This document shows positions 13,414-25,735 of a stretch of 64,000 nt of DNA, piece by piece; within the stretch, counting starts at the first letter, position 1; each line of letters begins with the position of its first letter. The DNA is from Perna viridis (taxonomy: Eukaryota). The notes under the pieces are model-generated. The model was not told the DNA's origin. It saw nothing but the letters and a program-made list of their open reading frames with translations, and searched no databases. The translations under genes and the position numbers were made by a program. The stretch lies in assembly GCA_037379345.1 (NCBI GenBank), contig CM074517.1, positions 34,906,001-34,970,000 of the forward strand. Direction: 5' to 3'.

Positions 13414-14267
13414 ACGATGCTTCTGTGCAAATTTCATTAACAATCTACATTTTTGTACATACTTTTTCTTTATTTAGCGCAATAAACAAATAAAAAACTA
13501 AGACTGGTTATGTGATCAGTAACTGTTTCTAAACAAGAAATAAAATTAAATTGGGTTGGTTTTTGACGTGCTGTCTGATTTTTAGAAAGCCTGATAAAAA
13601 ATGTACTTACGATTAAAATACTAGGAGTGTGAAATGTGGTGCACGATAGAACGTTTCCATGTGTTGTTACCTCAAATTTGGTCCGTGGTCAAATCATAAC
13701 TTGTCATATTACACCATAATTCGTTTCTTTCCCCTGTATTTCCAAACTCATTGAGAAACTCTTCGCATATGAGAATAAGCACGCGAGAATAAGAACTTTC
13801 ACTGCTTTCAAAATCTTGGATGCAATTAAATGTTTTAAATTCGTTCTTCCCAAAATAGAGACAGGTTAGTATCATTCATTCCCGAGTGTTCGATATTGTC
13901 GTTTACCAAACGGAAATAAACGCGAGTTGAAGGATCACTCAGTCATAATCATTTTACTGCTACAAGTGGGGTTGCATGTACTGGACAACAAGAGCAAGTC
14001 TCACTTCCAGATAATGTTTACTAAAACCGTGTAAACATGATGGCTTTTCAAAGGGTATGGTCTGGATTAGACCCCCTTTTTTGTTGGATTTTTTTTCAAT
14101 ATTTTGCCATTTTTTGGGCAAATGTGGCAAAGTCCAACTTTCTAGTTTGCATATTTTAAGCAATGATTTTTATTTATATGCTGCAATGGTAATTCTTCTA
14201 CAAGTGATGGAATAAATATCAAGTGAAAAATGTGACTAAAACAGTATAAGCAATGACCATTATACAT

Positions 14268-14638
14268 AATAATACATTTTGTATATGTTCCATAAGTTTA
14301 TCTGTGCACGCAGTAAGACAAACTAGATAGAGGTAGGTACTTTCTCACATAAGATACAGTACAAATGTTTTTTTTTTGTTAAAATGTAGATATGGATAGT
14401 TATGGGTACAAATGTAACTTGTTTATGTTGTTAATCTTCTGTATTTTTGAATGCTGGAATAATACATTTTGTATATGTTCCATAAGTTTGTCTGTGCACG
14501 CAGTAAGACAAACTAGATAGAGGTAGGTACTTTCTCACATAAGATACAGTACAAATGTTTTTTTTTTGTTGTTAAAATGTAGATATGGATAGTTATGGGT
14601 ACAAATGTAACTTGTTTATGTTGTTAATCTTCTGTATT
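14268..14638. repeat. Two-copy tandem duplication (~190 bp)
   Basis: aataatacattttgtatatgttcc...ttctgtatt occurs at ~14268 and ~14458. Confidence 0.9.
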
Positions 14639-14985
14639 AACAATTCAGAAAGGCTTTAAATTTGAAATTAACAATATAGATATGATCATTTGAAACCATA
14701 ATAGATTCAGTGCTTCTAGACCCAAATGTAGTACAGAGTTTTGATTTTAGCATTTTAAATATAAAAATACTAGTTTAGTTTTTCAACCTGTCCATCACAC
14801 ACTGAAGATTGGATGCAAGTTTTCATTAGTGGGAATTGGGGTGTAAGATTGTTTGTGTTTGAAGAGAAATTGTGTTACGATTTGGAAATTGTATATATAT
14901 GGCATATAAGTTGTACTGATTTCATTTTTTCTTCTCATTTTTAAGCTCTTCTCTTTGCACCACTAACATACCTTGTGTTTCAAAG

Positions 14986-15144
14986 GTAATCAAGGGAACC
15001 AATGTAATAGCGGCAATCAAAGGAATGTAATTCAGGGACAAAGACCAGACATGGAAAACAGACATACACAACAAAGAACATAAAGTAACTTAAATCATAC
15101 ACACAAAGTAACAAAAGCAAATGAGCAACTCAGACTACACTAAA
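14986..15144 (-). mobile_element. Penelope-like repeat 3' end (copy 2)
   Basis: Reverse complement of the 3' part of 2567-2949. Confidence 0.7.
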
Positions 15145-17622
15145 CTTGTTACATTTTTTTAAAGTTCAACGACAGCTTTCTCCACAATCTCTTAATTAAT
15201 TTTGATTAAACTTACCCCCAGCATGTTTGACTTAACATTGAATGTTAAATGTGCATTACAAGATAACTGCTTTAAGGATGCTTGCAATGAAAATTAATTC
15301 AACTAAATTGAAAGGTACCATATGTATTATCATGCAGAATTGTATTTCACCATTTCAGGGACCAGCCACCTGCTTGCCTCTATGGTGAATGACTAATTCA
15401 GTATATGCAAACTTGATAGCTAATCATATCACGTATACACTGTTCTCCAGAATTTTTGTACTCCTGCTTTTTGAGACGGGACATATTATGGCATACTGGT
15501 GTCCGCCCATCTGTTCTTCATACTTAGCACAATAAATCAAAAGTGCTGCCACCAACTTATATAGAAAGCACTTTATCTGCGTGTCTGTCTGTCTGTTCAT
15601 GTTATCTTTTAGATGTCTGATTGCAAGTAATTTCAGCTGTTGATATTAGAAATGAATATATATCAAGTAAGAAAAAATAAGATCACTTTAATTACAAATA
15701 AAATGGTATTGTAAAATATTTTATATATTTTGTTTGCATAAAGATTTTTACTTGTTTTATTCTACAGAGATGAGAAAGGAAGCATGTTTCATGGGTTAGG
15801 CTGACCAAGAAGAAAAAGAAGTGCCAAAAAGCTGATTATGGACCTGAATTTAGACTTTCATTAGAATTTTTATAATTTATTTAAATATTAAGATAAAAGT
15901 ACTGCTCATACAGCATTCTAAGTTTATATTCTTATACAGCATATTTATAGTCAGAGTGTCTTTGAATATTTTTTTCTATTTAGTTGTTTTACATTTGTGG
16001 TTGATAAGTGAATTTTCAAAGTGATTTCATTTCAAAGCTATAAAAGATTAAAAACTTCAAAAAACATCCCAAAACAATTAAAAAAAAGCTCTCTCTTTTA
16101 GTCATTCAGCTTTTTTATTCATACTGCACAGAAGAAAAATGCACTAAGTGAATATGTAAGGCATACACTCTCTATGACTATCATTATATTTTAACCCAAG
16201 ATATCCCATGGGAGAATTTAAAATCCCATGAATTTCAAATTGTAACTACAAATTTATTTTAGTAAATATTGTAAAACAAAATGCATTTTATTAAATCCCA
16301 TGCAAATCTGCATCCAATGGTTACTCACATGACATGGTAGGTTGAAGAAAAAGCGGCGGAAGATTTGCAATTTAGTGTTTTGCAAATTTAAATTGTCTCG
16401 TGTTTCTTGTGAGTTTCTTGGTAAATTGATCAGTGGAAATGGGGTCAGTGTCTCTCCAGGTAAACTTGATTGTGTCTGCCAATGGCCAATCCCAGAGAAC
16501 AAAAAAGAACTGCAGAGTTTTCTGGGTTATACGAATTATTACCGAAAGCATATACAGGGGTATGCAGGGATGACGGCCGTTTTGTACGAATTGTCAGGTT
16601 CTAAGTCTGAATTTAGTTGGGGTCCCGAACATGAAAATGCCTTCACTAATCTGAAGAAAGCTATTACCACCCCACCGTGTTTAGCATTTCCAGAGTCGGA
16701 CGGACTATTTATTTTGGACACAGATGCGTCTCATAACGCTAAAGATGCTGAATTATCACAGATCCAGTCTGGAAAAGAAAGGGTCATTTCGTATGCAAGC
16801 AACACATTGATTTCAGAACAAAAAAGATACTGTACTACTCGTAAAGAATTGCTTGCGGTAGTGAAGTTCTGCCGACATTTCAAACATTTCTTATTAGGCC
16901 GGAAATTCTTATTACGGACAGATCATCATAGTCTAGTATGACAATATAGTCATAGTCTGAAGGACAACTTGCTCGTTGGCTGGAGGAATTGTCGTTATAC
17001 GACATGGAAATTGTTCATCAAGCTGGGGCTAAGTATTCGAACGCAGATGGGTTATCCAGAATTCCGGACCGTTCAGATTGTGATTGTTACCATGCTGGAG
17101 CAAGACTTGAAGACTTGCAGTGTGGAGACTGTAAATTCTACACCAAAAAGCATGAGCAATGGGCAAGGTTTATTTTTGGAAGTTGATGAAGTGGTTCCAC
17201 TAGCTCGGAAAATCGACTAGGAGGAAGCTAATAGAGCCTCAACTTACCAAGCGCAAAAAGTCAGCATTGATCCAACTGAGAGCAACGAATCGATTATCAA
17301 TTTGGTTGACGGGTACTCTAATGAAGAATTAAGCAAATATCAACATGAAGACCCCGATATATTACCTTTAATAAGATGGTTAAAATCCGGAGATCCGGAC
17401 GAGTCGGAAATTCGCTTGAGTAGTCCAGCGACGAAGTACTTGTGGCAATGTCGGTCACAGCTGATATACGATGACAAAGTACTTAACTATGTATTGATTT
17501 TGTCAAACTTATTAAATTGTCTGAAGCCTCAAAGTGTACATGAATTTTGCAGTTATGAATGTCCAATGACAATAAGTGGAATATCTGTAGTTGTACCAGA
17601 ACTTAACGTGCCAACAGTAAGT

Positions 17623-18403
17623 ATCATTGACACCCATTTCCACTTAGATGTCTTACTTAAAAGATCGCATGCTGGATCTCTTATTGACATAGAGGAAGAT
17701 ATACCACAATTTCTTGTTTTACAGACAGGCGTTGCAAACTATGTCTTACCCCACCATTGGGACTCGTATATCAGGTCGATAATGACTCAAGGATATCCGT
17801 CACATTTGGGATACATTCTCGCGTGATTTTGGAGGCTAATACAAAAGCTATAAATAAACTGAAGTGCCTTTGAAACATTGTGTCGGTCTTAGTGAAATCG
17901 GCATCGACCTGACTGGGGATGCCAGGGCTGATCTTTCACTAAAAGATCGTCAGATAGATTTTATCCGAAGGGTGCTTCCAATAGCCAGAGATTTGGACCA
18001 GCCGGTTGTACTTCATTGTCGAGATAATGGTAACGGTGAGGCTTCTCGCATTGCATATGACTTATTGCCCGAATTTCTGGATGATGACCACCGCATACAT
18101 TATCATTGTTTCAATGGAACTCTGGACGAGGCTAAGAAATTGCAATGTAAATACAGTAATGTCTACTTTGGGATATCCAGTTTGGTCCTGAAAGAGCCCA
18201 ATTTATTTGATGTTGTGGCCAAGATAGATCACGGGAAATTATTACTTGAATCCGACGCCCCATATTTATCACCGGAGAAGCATATCCGTGTGAACACGCC
18301 ATATTGCTTATCGGTAGTGATTGAAAAGGTTAGTCATATCAAGAATTTACCCGTTTCGATCCTCGCAACTTACATGAACGAAAATGCAAGGCGATTAATG
18401 TAG
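17623..18403 (+). pseudogene. TatD-family nuclease domain inside the Gypsy element (frameshifted around 17770-17860)
   Basis: IIDTHFHLD, FGIHS (alternate frame), VGLSEIGIDL, PVVLHCR, HYHCFNG, LLLESDAPYL, NTP, NARRL: the complete TatD motif series. Confidence 0.88.
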
Positions 18404-18823
18404 TGTTACCAGGAAGGTTTCTGCTTTCTTACAGTAATTCGTAATGACATGAAAATAGTTGAGGAAGGCTAATGCTTTCTTCTCTTTGTTAAAATACTGG
18501 TATAAAACCCGTTAAATTATTATATTGTTTTTATTTTTATTACTTGTTCCGTGCTTCAATACGTATAAGCCACATTTGTATTTGATTTTTTATGATAAGT
18601 CTTAACAGGAGACCCTTACTGTGTTATTTTTGTATATATAATGACTGCATCTAAAAGCGGTTTTATCGGAACTCGTGTTCCATTCATGTGGGAACTTGGA
18701 AATGAACGTTTCAATGGACATTTTATTGACTTTAAATTGTGTTTATTTTCAGTTTATGTATGTGTTTATGATGATGGGCTTTGATTTCAAGTGTATAATT
18801 ATCTTTTATAAGATTGGGGGGGA

Positions 18824-19053
18824 TGTTACAGTATGGTGTTAATGTGTACCGTATGGTGCTCCCATTATAGGAGGAATATATTTGCTGCTATTATATAACA
18901 CCGAATTGTGTGGTCTCTTCCGGTTAATAAAGATAAGAAAAGTCTGCTGTATTTCTAAGCTCCAAGACTTTGTGTCTATAACTCAGACTGTGTGTCTGCC
19001 CCCTAATTTCTATGTGATTTAGGGATATTTTTACGCCACCTAGTTCGGTAACA
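18824..19053 (+). repeat. 3' LTR of the TatD-bearing Gypsy
   Basis: 6-bp terminal inverted repeat TGTTAC/GTAACA, upstream PPT, internal AATAAA. The matching 5' LTR is not in the window. Confidence 0.8.
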
Positions 19054-19232
19054 CTACCTTAAATCAACGCTCCTAGCGTGCGTTCAAACGAACGAATAAC
19101 GATGTGTGAACGCACGATAAATGATGCACGAGAGATAAAAATTGGAAACGTGAACGTTTCAAGGAGTGTATATGTACAAATGTTGTAAATACAACTTCCA
19201 TGTCAATAGAAGACAAGCAGCTTAAAATGTAT

Positions 19233-19459
19233 TATTATACACATGAGTTGAAATAGATTTCTCTTCAATTTATTATTTTCCGGAAACGGCATTTTTCCGT
19301 CATCCGTTTAGTTAAATTTTTTTGGAGTTGTTTTTGTGTCGTCTGTTGCAAGTATATGTGTATATGTGTTTTTTTCATTTTTGGGGATTTGACAATTGAA
19401 TAATATAAACATATACCATTATTATATACCTCTCGTTCCCCAAACAACAGATGGTAAAA
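19233..19459 (+). repeat. Gypsy 5' LTR
   Basis: Diverged direct repeat of 34207-34427. Confidence 0.88.
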
Positions 19460-19530
19460 TGGTGGAGAATTCAAAGACGGTAACATGATTGAGAATTCAA
19501 AGACGGTAAAATGATGGAGAATTCAAAGAA
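19453..19530 (+). promoter_or_regulatory. Triplicated LTR-end/primer binding site (3 x 26 bp; tRNA-Ala-like PBS)
   Basis: ggtaaaatggtggagaattcaaagac / ggtaacatgattgagaattcaaagac / ggtaaaatgatggagaattcaaagaa. Confidence 0.75.
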
Positions 19531-19598
19531 GATGTGAATATCAGCTAGGTAAATTTGAACTTTGTTTGTAATTTTGTGCCAGTTCTCGAACTTTCTGA

Positions 19599-20337
19599 AT
19601 GAGCTTATCCATAGTGAACAAAAGGATTCGGGACCTTTCCAAACGTCTTGACAATGGCAATTCGAGAAAAATTCCAGTATTATTAACAGACAGTAGAGGT
19701 TGAAATTTAGAGAACGTTACAGATCCTAACTAGATATCCAGAAAACAAGTTGTGTTTTTGGTATTCGCCTGGCGATGGGGTTGAAAAACAGTTTTCATGG
19801 TTACAGGAAAATTTACAACAGAAATTTCAGGACATTGGTTCTCAACAGTTAACTTTATATATATGATTGGGAGCGTGTGACTAACGAAAAAAGTTGATCG
19901 TTACATTGAACTTAAGTCAGAAACTAATTCAACAGTGAGTAAAATTTACGAGACATATAAAGAAATTCACTGATATATTGGACAATTTCCCTCTATCAAT
20001 ATTGTGTTTTTAGAACTACCATTTTACTCTATCTACCTCTGTTATGTTCATCATCGCCACCCCAAACCACAACAGTTTCGTGTTCAAGACCAGAAATTAC
20101 ATAAACAAATCATTGAAGTGAATAAATTTATTAACCAAATTAACATTTTGCACCATCAGAATTCGCCTTCTTTCTCACGACTTAGAAAGTAGCCGTAAAC
20201 GAGCAGGTCAAGTTAGACCTAGATACAGTTTTAATTGTGGATTGTACGTTGATGGAGTCCACCCAAATCCTTCATTGGCGAAACTTTGGCTGATACGTAT
20301 AGCACTTCGGCTACCAAGAGACTGTGGAATCATATAG
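19599..20337 (+). pseudogene. SGNH/GDSL hydrolase pseudogene upstream of Gypsy gag, homologous to 5601-6296
   Basis: Manual translation across stops and frameshifts gives IPVLLTDSRG...LYI*LGACD..KKVDRYIEL...VFLELPFYSI...SRKRA...RYS...DGVHPNPSLAKLWL...RDC. Confidence 0.88.
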
Positions 20338-20522
20338 ATCTAGGTCTGAGTGAGATCTTTCACACTTTTACGACTGCATGCATTCAGGTGCGTAGGGTAA
20401 TCCGTACTACAAGACTTTGTATCCTAAATATGTAATAAAAATAATTTGAGGTCTTCCTCATTTGTACGTGAAAAGTGTTTGGGTGAGATAATTCTCATTT
20501 ATTTACTAATCAGTATAAATGT

Positions 20523-21703
20523 ATGGCTGATGTAGAATCCGATTTAAGTGATGCTAGTTCAAGTCTGTTCAACTCTTCTGTTCTCTCTGACAGATTTTTG
20601 GTAGAAAACGAATTTCATATTGATAAATTAAGTTCGTTCAATAGCCGTTTCTGACATTGAAGAGCTGTCCGATAGCACAAATACTTCTAACGTCTCTGAC
20701 AGTCCTCTGCTACCTCCAGTTCTCACCCTACAAACAGATCATAAAACTATACACCCGAAAGCAAAATCAGCTCCAAGTACAACAATCATAGAAAAACTAG
20801 CTGTGTGTAGAAAATTTGGGGGTTACCCGCATGAAAATGGTTCAATTTTTCTGAATGAATTTGATTCATATGCAACATTACACAACATACACGCTGGGGA
20901 CCATCGGCGTATAATTGCAGCGTTTCATTTGCACCTTACGGGGCCAGCTGTGACATGGTTTAATTCTCTCGACAAAAGTCACAAAGAAACCTGGGAAATT
21001 TTTTAGAGTCACTTCAAAAATGGATATGTCAATTTGAGTTGGAATCTCAAATTATCCTCATCTCAGTCATTGGAAGACTATCACTGCAAGCTTGTCGAAA
21101 AAGCACAACTTTTGTCAAAACCAGATCATGAAATATTATGTAAATTTGTGAAGGGTCTACCAGAAAAAACTTCTTTGTAAGGGCCAGTAACCACAGTTCT
21201 AGTGCAAGCGTACTCTCCGCAGCAAAAATGGGAGAGGCGAGTGGATACAGAATCCACACGGAGTTAAGTGTAGCTTCGGCTAATCCACAAAATACAACTG
21301 GGCAAAGTACACCTAAACAAACATATGACACGAAATCTGAAGTTACAGAGTTGAAAGAACAGGTGACAAATTTAACGAACATGGTACACAAATTCACGGT
21401 ACAAACTGAACCTTCCCAACGGAGACCAGCAAATAATTACAAACCGAGCGAAATACCGAACATGCTCGGGAACAACGCACACCAATGCGTAAAAATGAAC
21501 AAAAAGAAATATTCACTTGCAGTAAATGTGCCGGTGTCTGTCACATACAACTAAATTGCCTATGGAATAGCAAAGGAGAGCCAAATACTGATGTTAGGTG
21601 CCAAATGTGCAACCAATACGGCCATTCCGCATTTCAATGTCAAAAGTTTAACTCCACCACCCCGAGGGACACAGGGCACGCTCCTCCGGGCGGTCAATCT
21701 TAA
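20523..21703 (+). pseudogene. Gypsy gag with two zinc knuckles
   Basis: KFGGYPHENG..FLNEF..HLTGPAVTWF (capsid-like); CSKCAGVCHIQLNC and CQMCNQYGHSAFQC; multiple frameshifts. Confidence 0.85.
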
Positions 21704-21834
21704 GTGCCAGAAAGCGATCTCCTTCTCTGAGCCGACCAAGATATCATTTAACTGCAAATTCTTTAAAAGTTCAAGATGTTAGTGATTTATTTTCAGATTA
21801 TACTGATTCGGATAAAGAGGTAAAGTCCAAATTC

Positions 21835-24260
21835 TTGTACATGCCTGTAAAAGTACACGGTTTAAATATAACTGCGTTGGTTGATACTGGAAGCTCAATG
21901 AATGTTATATCTCGACAGTTTTATGACTCCATAAATTTTAATTGTAAAAGTCCAATTACAAATGTTTATGAAAGGATAACATTAGCTAACAATCAATCAA
22001 TTGACATTATGGGCACAACTAGCATCAAAGTTTCTGTGCCGAGAGGCAAACACTGGATAAGTGTCTATGTTCTCACACAAACTTCACATCCGCTAATCAT
22101 CGGTACCAGTTATTTAACTAAGCATACTATTGTTCTAGATTTTAGCAAATTTAGAATGTATTGCAAGGAGGCTAAAGTAAAAAGCCGGAGAAGAGTCACC
22201 ATTCCGCCGAACTCAGAATTAGTTGAATTCGGAAAATTAAACAATAATATTTTGTATGGTAATCAGGGCATATGTTCAAGTAGTGAATATCTAAACAAAA
22301 GGGGAATAATTGTTGCAAATACTGTAGTTATAGTCAGTAACAGAAATCTAGTCCCCGTCAGATTATTTAATGTTACAAATGAAAGTATAATGATTCCGAA
22401 AGGAAAATTGTTGTCAACATTTGAGATTTTAGATCAAATAATTGTTCAAAATATGCAATTATCGGAGCAATCTGGCGACGAGCAAGTGGACTCAAAGTTT
22501 TTGTCATATTTTGAAATGCCTGAAAATTTGAGTGATAAAGAGGAAGCTTAGTTGCAAGAATGCTTAAAATCTCACAAAAATTTGTTTGTGACCGACGAAA
22601 ACCCAGATCTAGGTTATTAGTGCATCATAGAATAACTTTAAAACCGGATTATCGCCCGAAGTACCAGAGACCATACCGTTTACCTCCCGATAAAAAAGAG
22701 GCCCTACGCGAGCACCTTGATGAACTATTACGTCAGAACATTATTGCACCAGTGAATGAATCCGAGAGAGTACCAATAACAAGCCCTGTTGTACTAGTAT
22801 CTAAGCGTACTAAACCAAAGAAAGCTTCCAATGAACGACATAAGAGTCCATTGCAGTATAGATTTTGCTGCGATTTTCGTTATTTGAATAGCCAAGTACA
22901 AGATTTTTGCTACTCGATTCCAGACCTGCAGGACCTCTTTTTCCAACTAATCACCGAATTTTCTAACCTCTATTGATATGTCTTCAGGATTCTTTCAGCA
23001 ACCGATTCATTCAGATAGTCAACGGTTTACCGCTATCAACACATGCTATGGTACTCTCAAATTTCTCAGATTACCGATGAGCCTGAAATCATCACCATCG
23101 TCTTTCCAACTTCTGATGGACAAAGTATTACATGGCCTCACTTTTAAAATTTATTTGTGTTACTTAGATGACATACTAATTGCATCGGAAGCTTTTGAAC
23201 AACATTTGGATGACTTGAGTAATGGGTTTTCTCGCTTAGAGGAAGCTGGTTTGAAGTTGGGACCAAGAAAATGTACTTTAGCACGAGATTCATGTATTTT
23301 TTCAGGCCACCTTACTTCAAAGAATGGCATTCAGCCACCTCCTGATCATATAACAACAATTCAAGAAATACCCTTTCTAAATCTGTACGTGAACTGAGAC
23401 GTGTAGTTGGTCTCTTTAACTGGTTTAAAAAGTATATTGATAATTTTAGTGTGACAATTGAACCACTGACTAGACTTTTACGGAAGAATATGCACTTCCG
23501 TTGGACTTTAGAACAAGAAACCGCTTTTATTGCTATGAAATCACTGCTCGTTTCATCGCCTATTTTAGCATTTCCGGATTATATCGTTCCGTTTCACCTA
23601 GGGGTTGACACGTCTGCAAAAGTAATAGGTTATGTACTTTTTCAATACCAAAAGGATGAAGATGACATTGAATTACGCAGAGTTATTACAGAATGTGACC
23701 ATCAAGCGTTGAAACCATTGTTCGGAAAACAGTTAAAAGGTGCTATTTGTGAAAGTTGGATAGCCATTATACAACAGTACAGTTTTGAAATAAGATACAA
23801 GCCAGCAAAGGAAATGCAGGTGGCCGACGCTCTGTCACGTAACACAAACCTGAAACAGTGCAGGATGAATTTTCTAGTCCAGACATTGAGGATCCATACT
23901 TTCCTTATCAAAAGGACATTGTTGGTGATATTATTGTGAAAAATGAAAATAAATTTCCTGTTACTTTACATTCTGACTCTAGTGATACAGAGCAGGTAAA
24001 TAACTTTTGTGTAGTGAAACCATCTTTATTGAAGCCACCTTCACTCACCAAAACCGACTTGAACCCTGACTCGATGTACGACGCAGATACGGAATGTGAC
24101 AATATACTAGATTTGAAAAAGTCTAAACTTTGTCGAAGTCAAAAAAATTAAATTACAAGTAGACCATTCTCACATTGAATCTAGTGCTTTTGAAGAAAGT
24201 AACAATCACTGTGACAAAATTGACAATTCAAGTAATGATGACACGACAAAAACCTATACT
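21835..24260 (+). pseudogene. Gypsy pol, 5' part (protease, RT, partly deleted RNase H, linker)
   Basis: ALVDTGSS; YQRPYRLP, YRFCCDFRYLN, CYLDDILI; GVDTS, ECDHQAL, VADALSR. Confidence 0.9.
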
Positions 24261-24477
24261 AGAAAGAGTTACAGTCCTTGATCTGCTAAGGTGTATTGAG
24301 GTTAGCTCCGACAAAAAATGATTTATTACAAATTCAATTGAGTGTTGTTTATCCAGATTTGCTCTGGAAGTTCCTAAGACATTAACGTTTACATGTAAAT
24401 GCATTTTGATACATTAGAAGGCAGTATTCTGATTGTAAAATAACTTTTTTCGTTGAACGAAACAACAATAACAAACA

Positions 24478-25673
24478 TGGCGGCGTCCTATTCTTATGTT
24501 GCGAGAACAGACACTAATGCTAGTGGTGATAAAAAAATTGATGACGACCCTAATTCTGTGAAACCAATTTTCGTAAAAGACAGTGATATATTTGGTTCTG
24601 TAATTCCCAAAAAAGAATCATTCGTCACACATGTTGAAATATACAAGGCTATCGGCGAAGTAGTAGACCCATATACAATCAAAGGTATCCAACGTATTCG
24701 TCGTATGCGGCGTATATATATGGACAACCAGGAAGGTCGTTTGTCGTTGTTAACAAAGGGCATTGCGCTGAGGGGTAAGCAAATAAACATTCACACACAC
24801 AATCCAAACAACCCTTTGACTGCAAACCTGGCCATAATGAAAGTTGTAGTGAAAGGGGTCCCTCTTAGTGCTGATGATGGCATTATTAAAAGAACAATAG
24901 AACTTAAAGGGGTAAAAGTGGATTTCATAACAAGAGCACATATCAGAGTTGATGGGAGACTCACTAACTGTGAAAATGGAGACAGGATCCTATTGTGTAA
25001 AACCTTTATAGAACCTCTACCTAAATTCATGAAAATGGGGAGATACAGTGCTATAGTCTTACACAGTGGCCAGCCTACAGACAGTTATTCAAATGAGTCA
25101 AATGTTAAAACATGCAATAAATGCTTTGAAACTGGGCATATGATTCTAGAATGTCCAAATGATTGGAAATGTAAAAGGTGTAATGAATCAGGGCACAGAC
25201 AAATGGATTGTCCAGAAGCATTAACACCAGAAATGTTTAGTGACAATGAATGTAAAGATGATGATGATGATGTTGAATTAAGTGAAAATGAAAATGATGA
25301 TAATGATAGTACAAAAGCTGATGAGCCTGAGGTACAACAAGAATAATGTGAACAACAAAAACAGACAATAAAACAACAACAGACAATGAAACAACAGCAG
25401 AAAGAAAAAAGGGGTCAACAGTCAAATGGACAGGCCTTTGGGCAATCTGACAAGACACCCCATCAACAAGAAAAACCAAGAACTGGGAGAAATCAAAACA
25501 CTTCCAAAAAAAATGAAAAGTCTGTTTCTTTTGTTAAATCTCAAGGTACAATCAACGCTTCTGTAAACACTCCAGAAAGTAGAAATCAACATGGTAAGGG
25601 TAGAAACAAAAATCAACACACTCCTCCAACACCTGAGGAGAGGGACAAAGGTAAAAAAGCAAATAAAGGTTAA
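24478..25673 (+). pseudogene. LINE ORF1 (RRM-like region, two CCHC knuckles, acidic then basic tail); one in-frame stop at 25344
   Basis: CNKCFETGHMILEC and CKRCNESGHRQMDC. ORFs 24453-25346 and 25386-25673 are in the same frame. Confidence 0.88.
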
Positions 25674-25735
25674 TTACTATGTAAAAGTGTAATTTTAATT
25701 AAACCCCAAAAAAAACTTTAAAAAAAAAGATAAAA

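Larger units (their letters stand above)
16385..19053 (+). mobile_element. 5'-truncated Gypsy LTR retrotransposon (RT end, RNase H, integrase missing, TatD, 3' LTR)
   Basis: EFLG..., FILDTDAS, YCTTRKELLAVV, LRTDHHSL, NADGLSR; PPT GGGGGGGA followed by an LTR with TGTTAC...GTAACA ends. Left boundary is approximate. Confidence 0.9.

Noticed and set aside
17623-18403. TatD as bacterial contamination or a host TATDN gene
   Set aside because: It is embedded between Gypsy pol and the PPT/LTR, and shows no operon context or introns.
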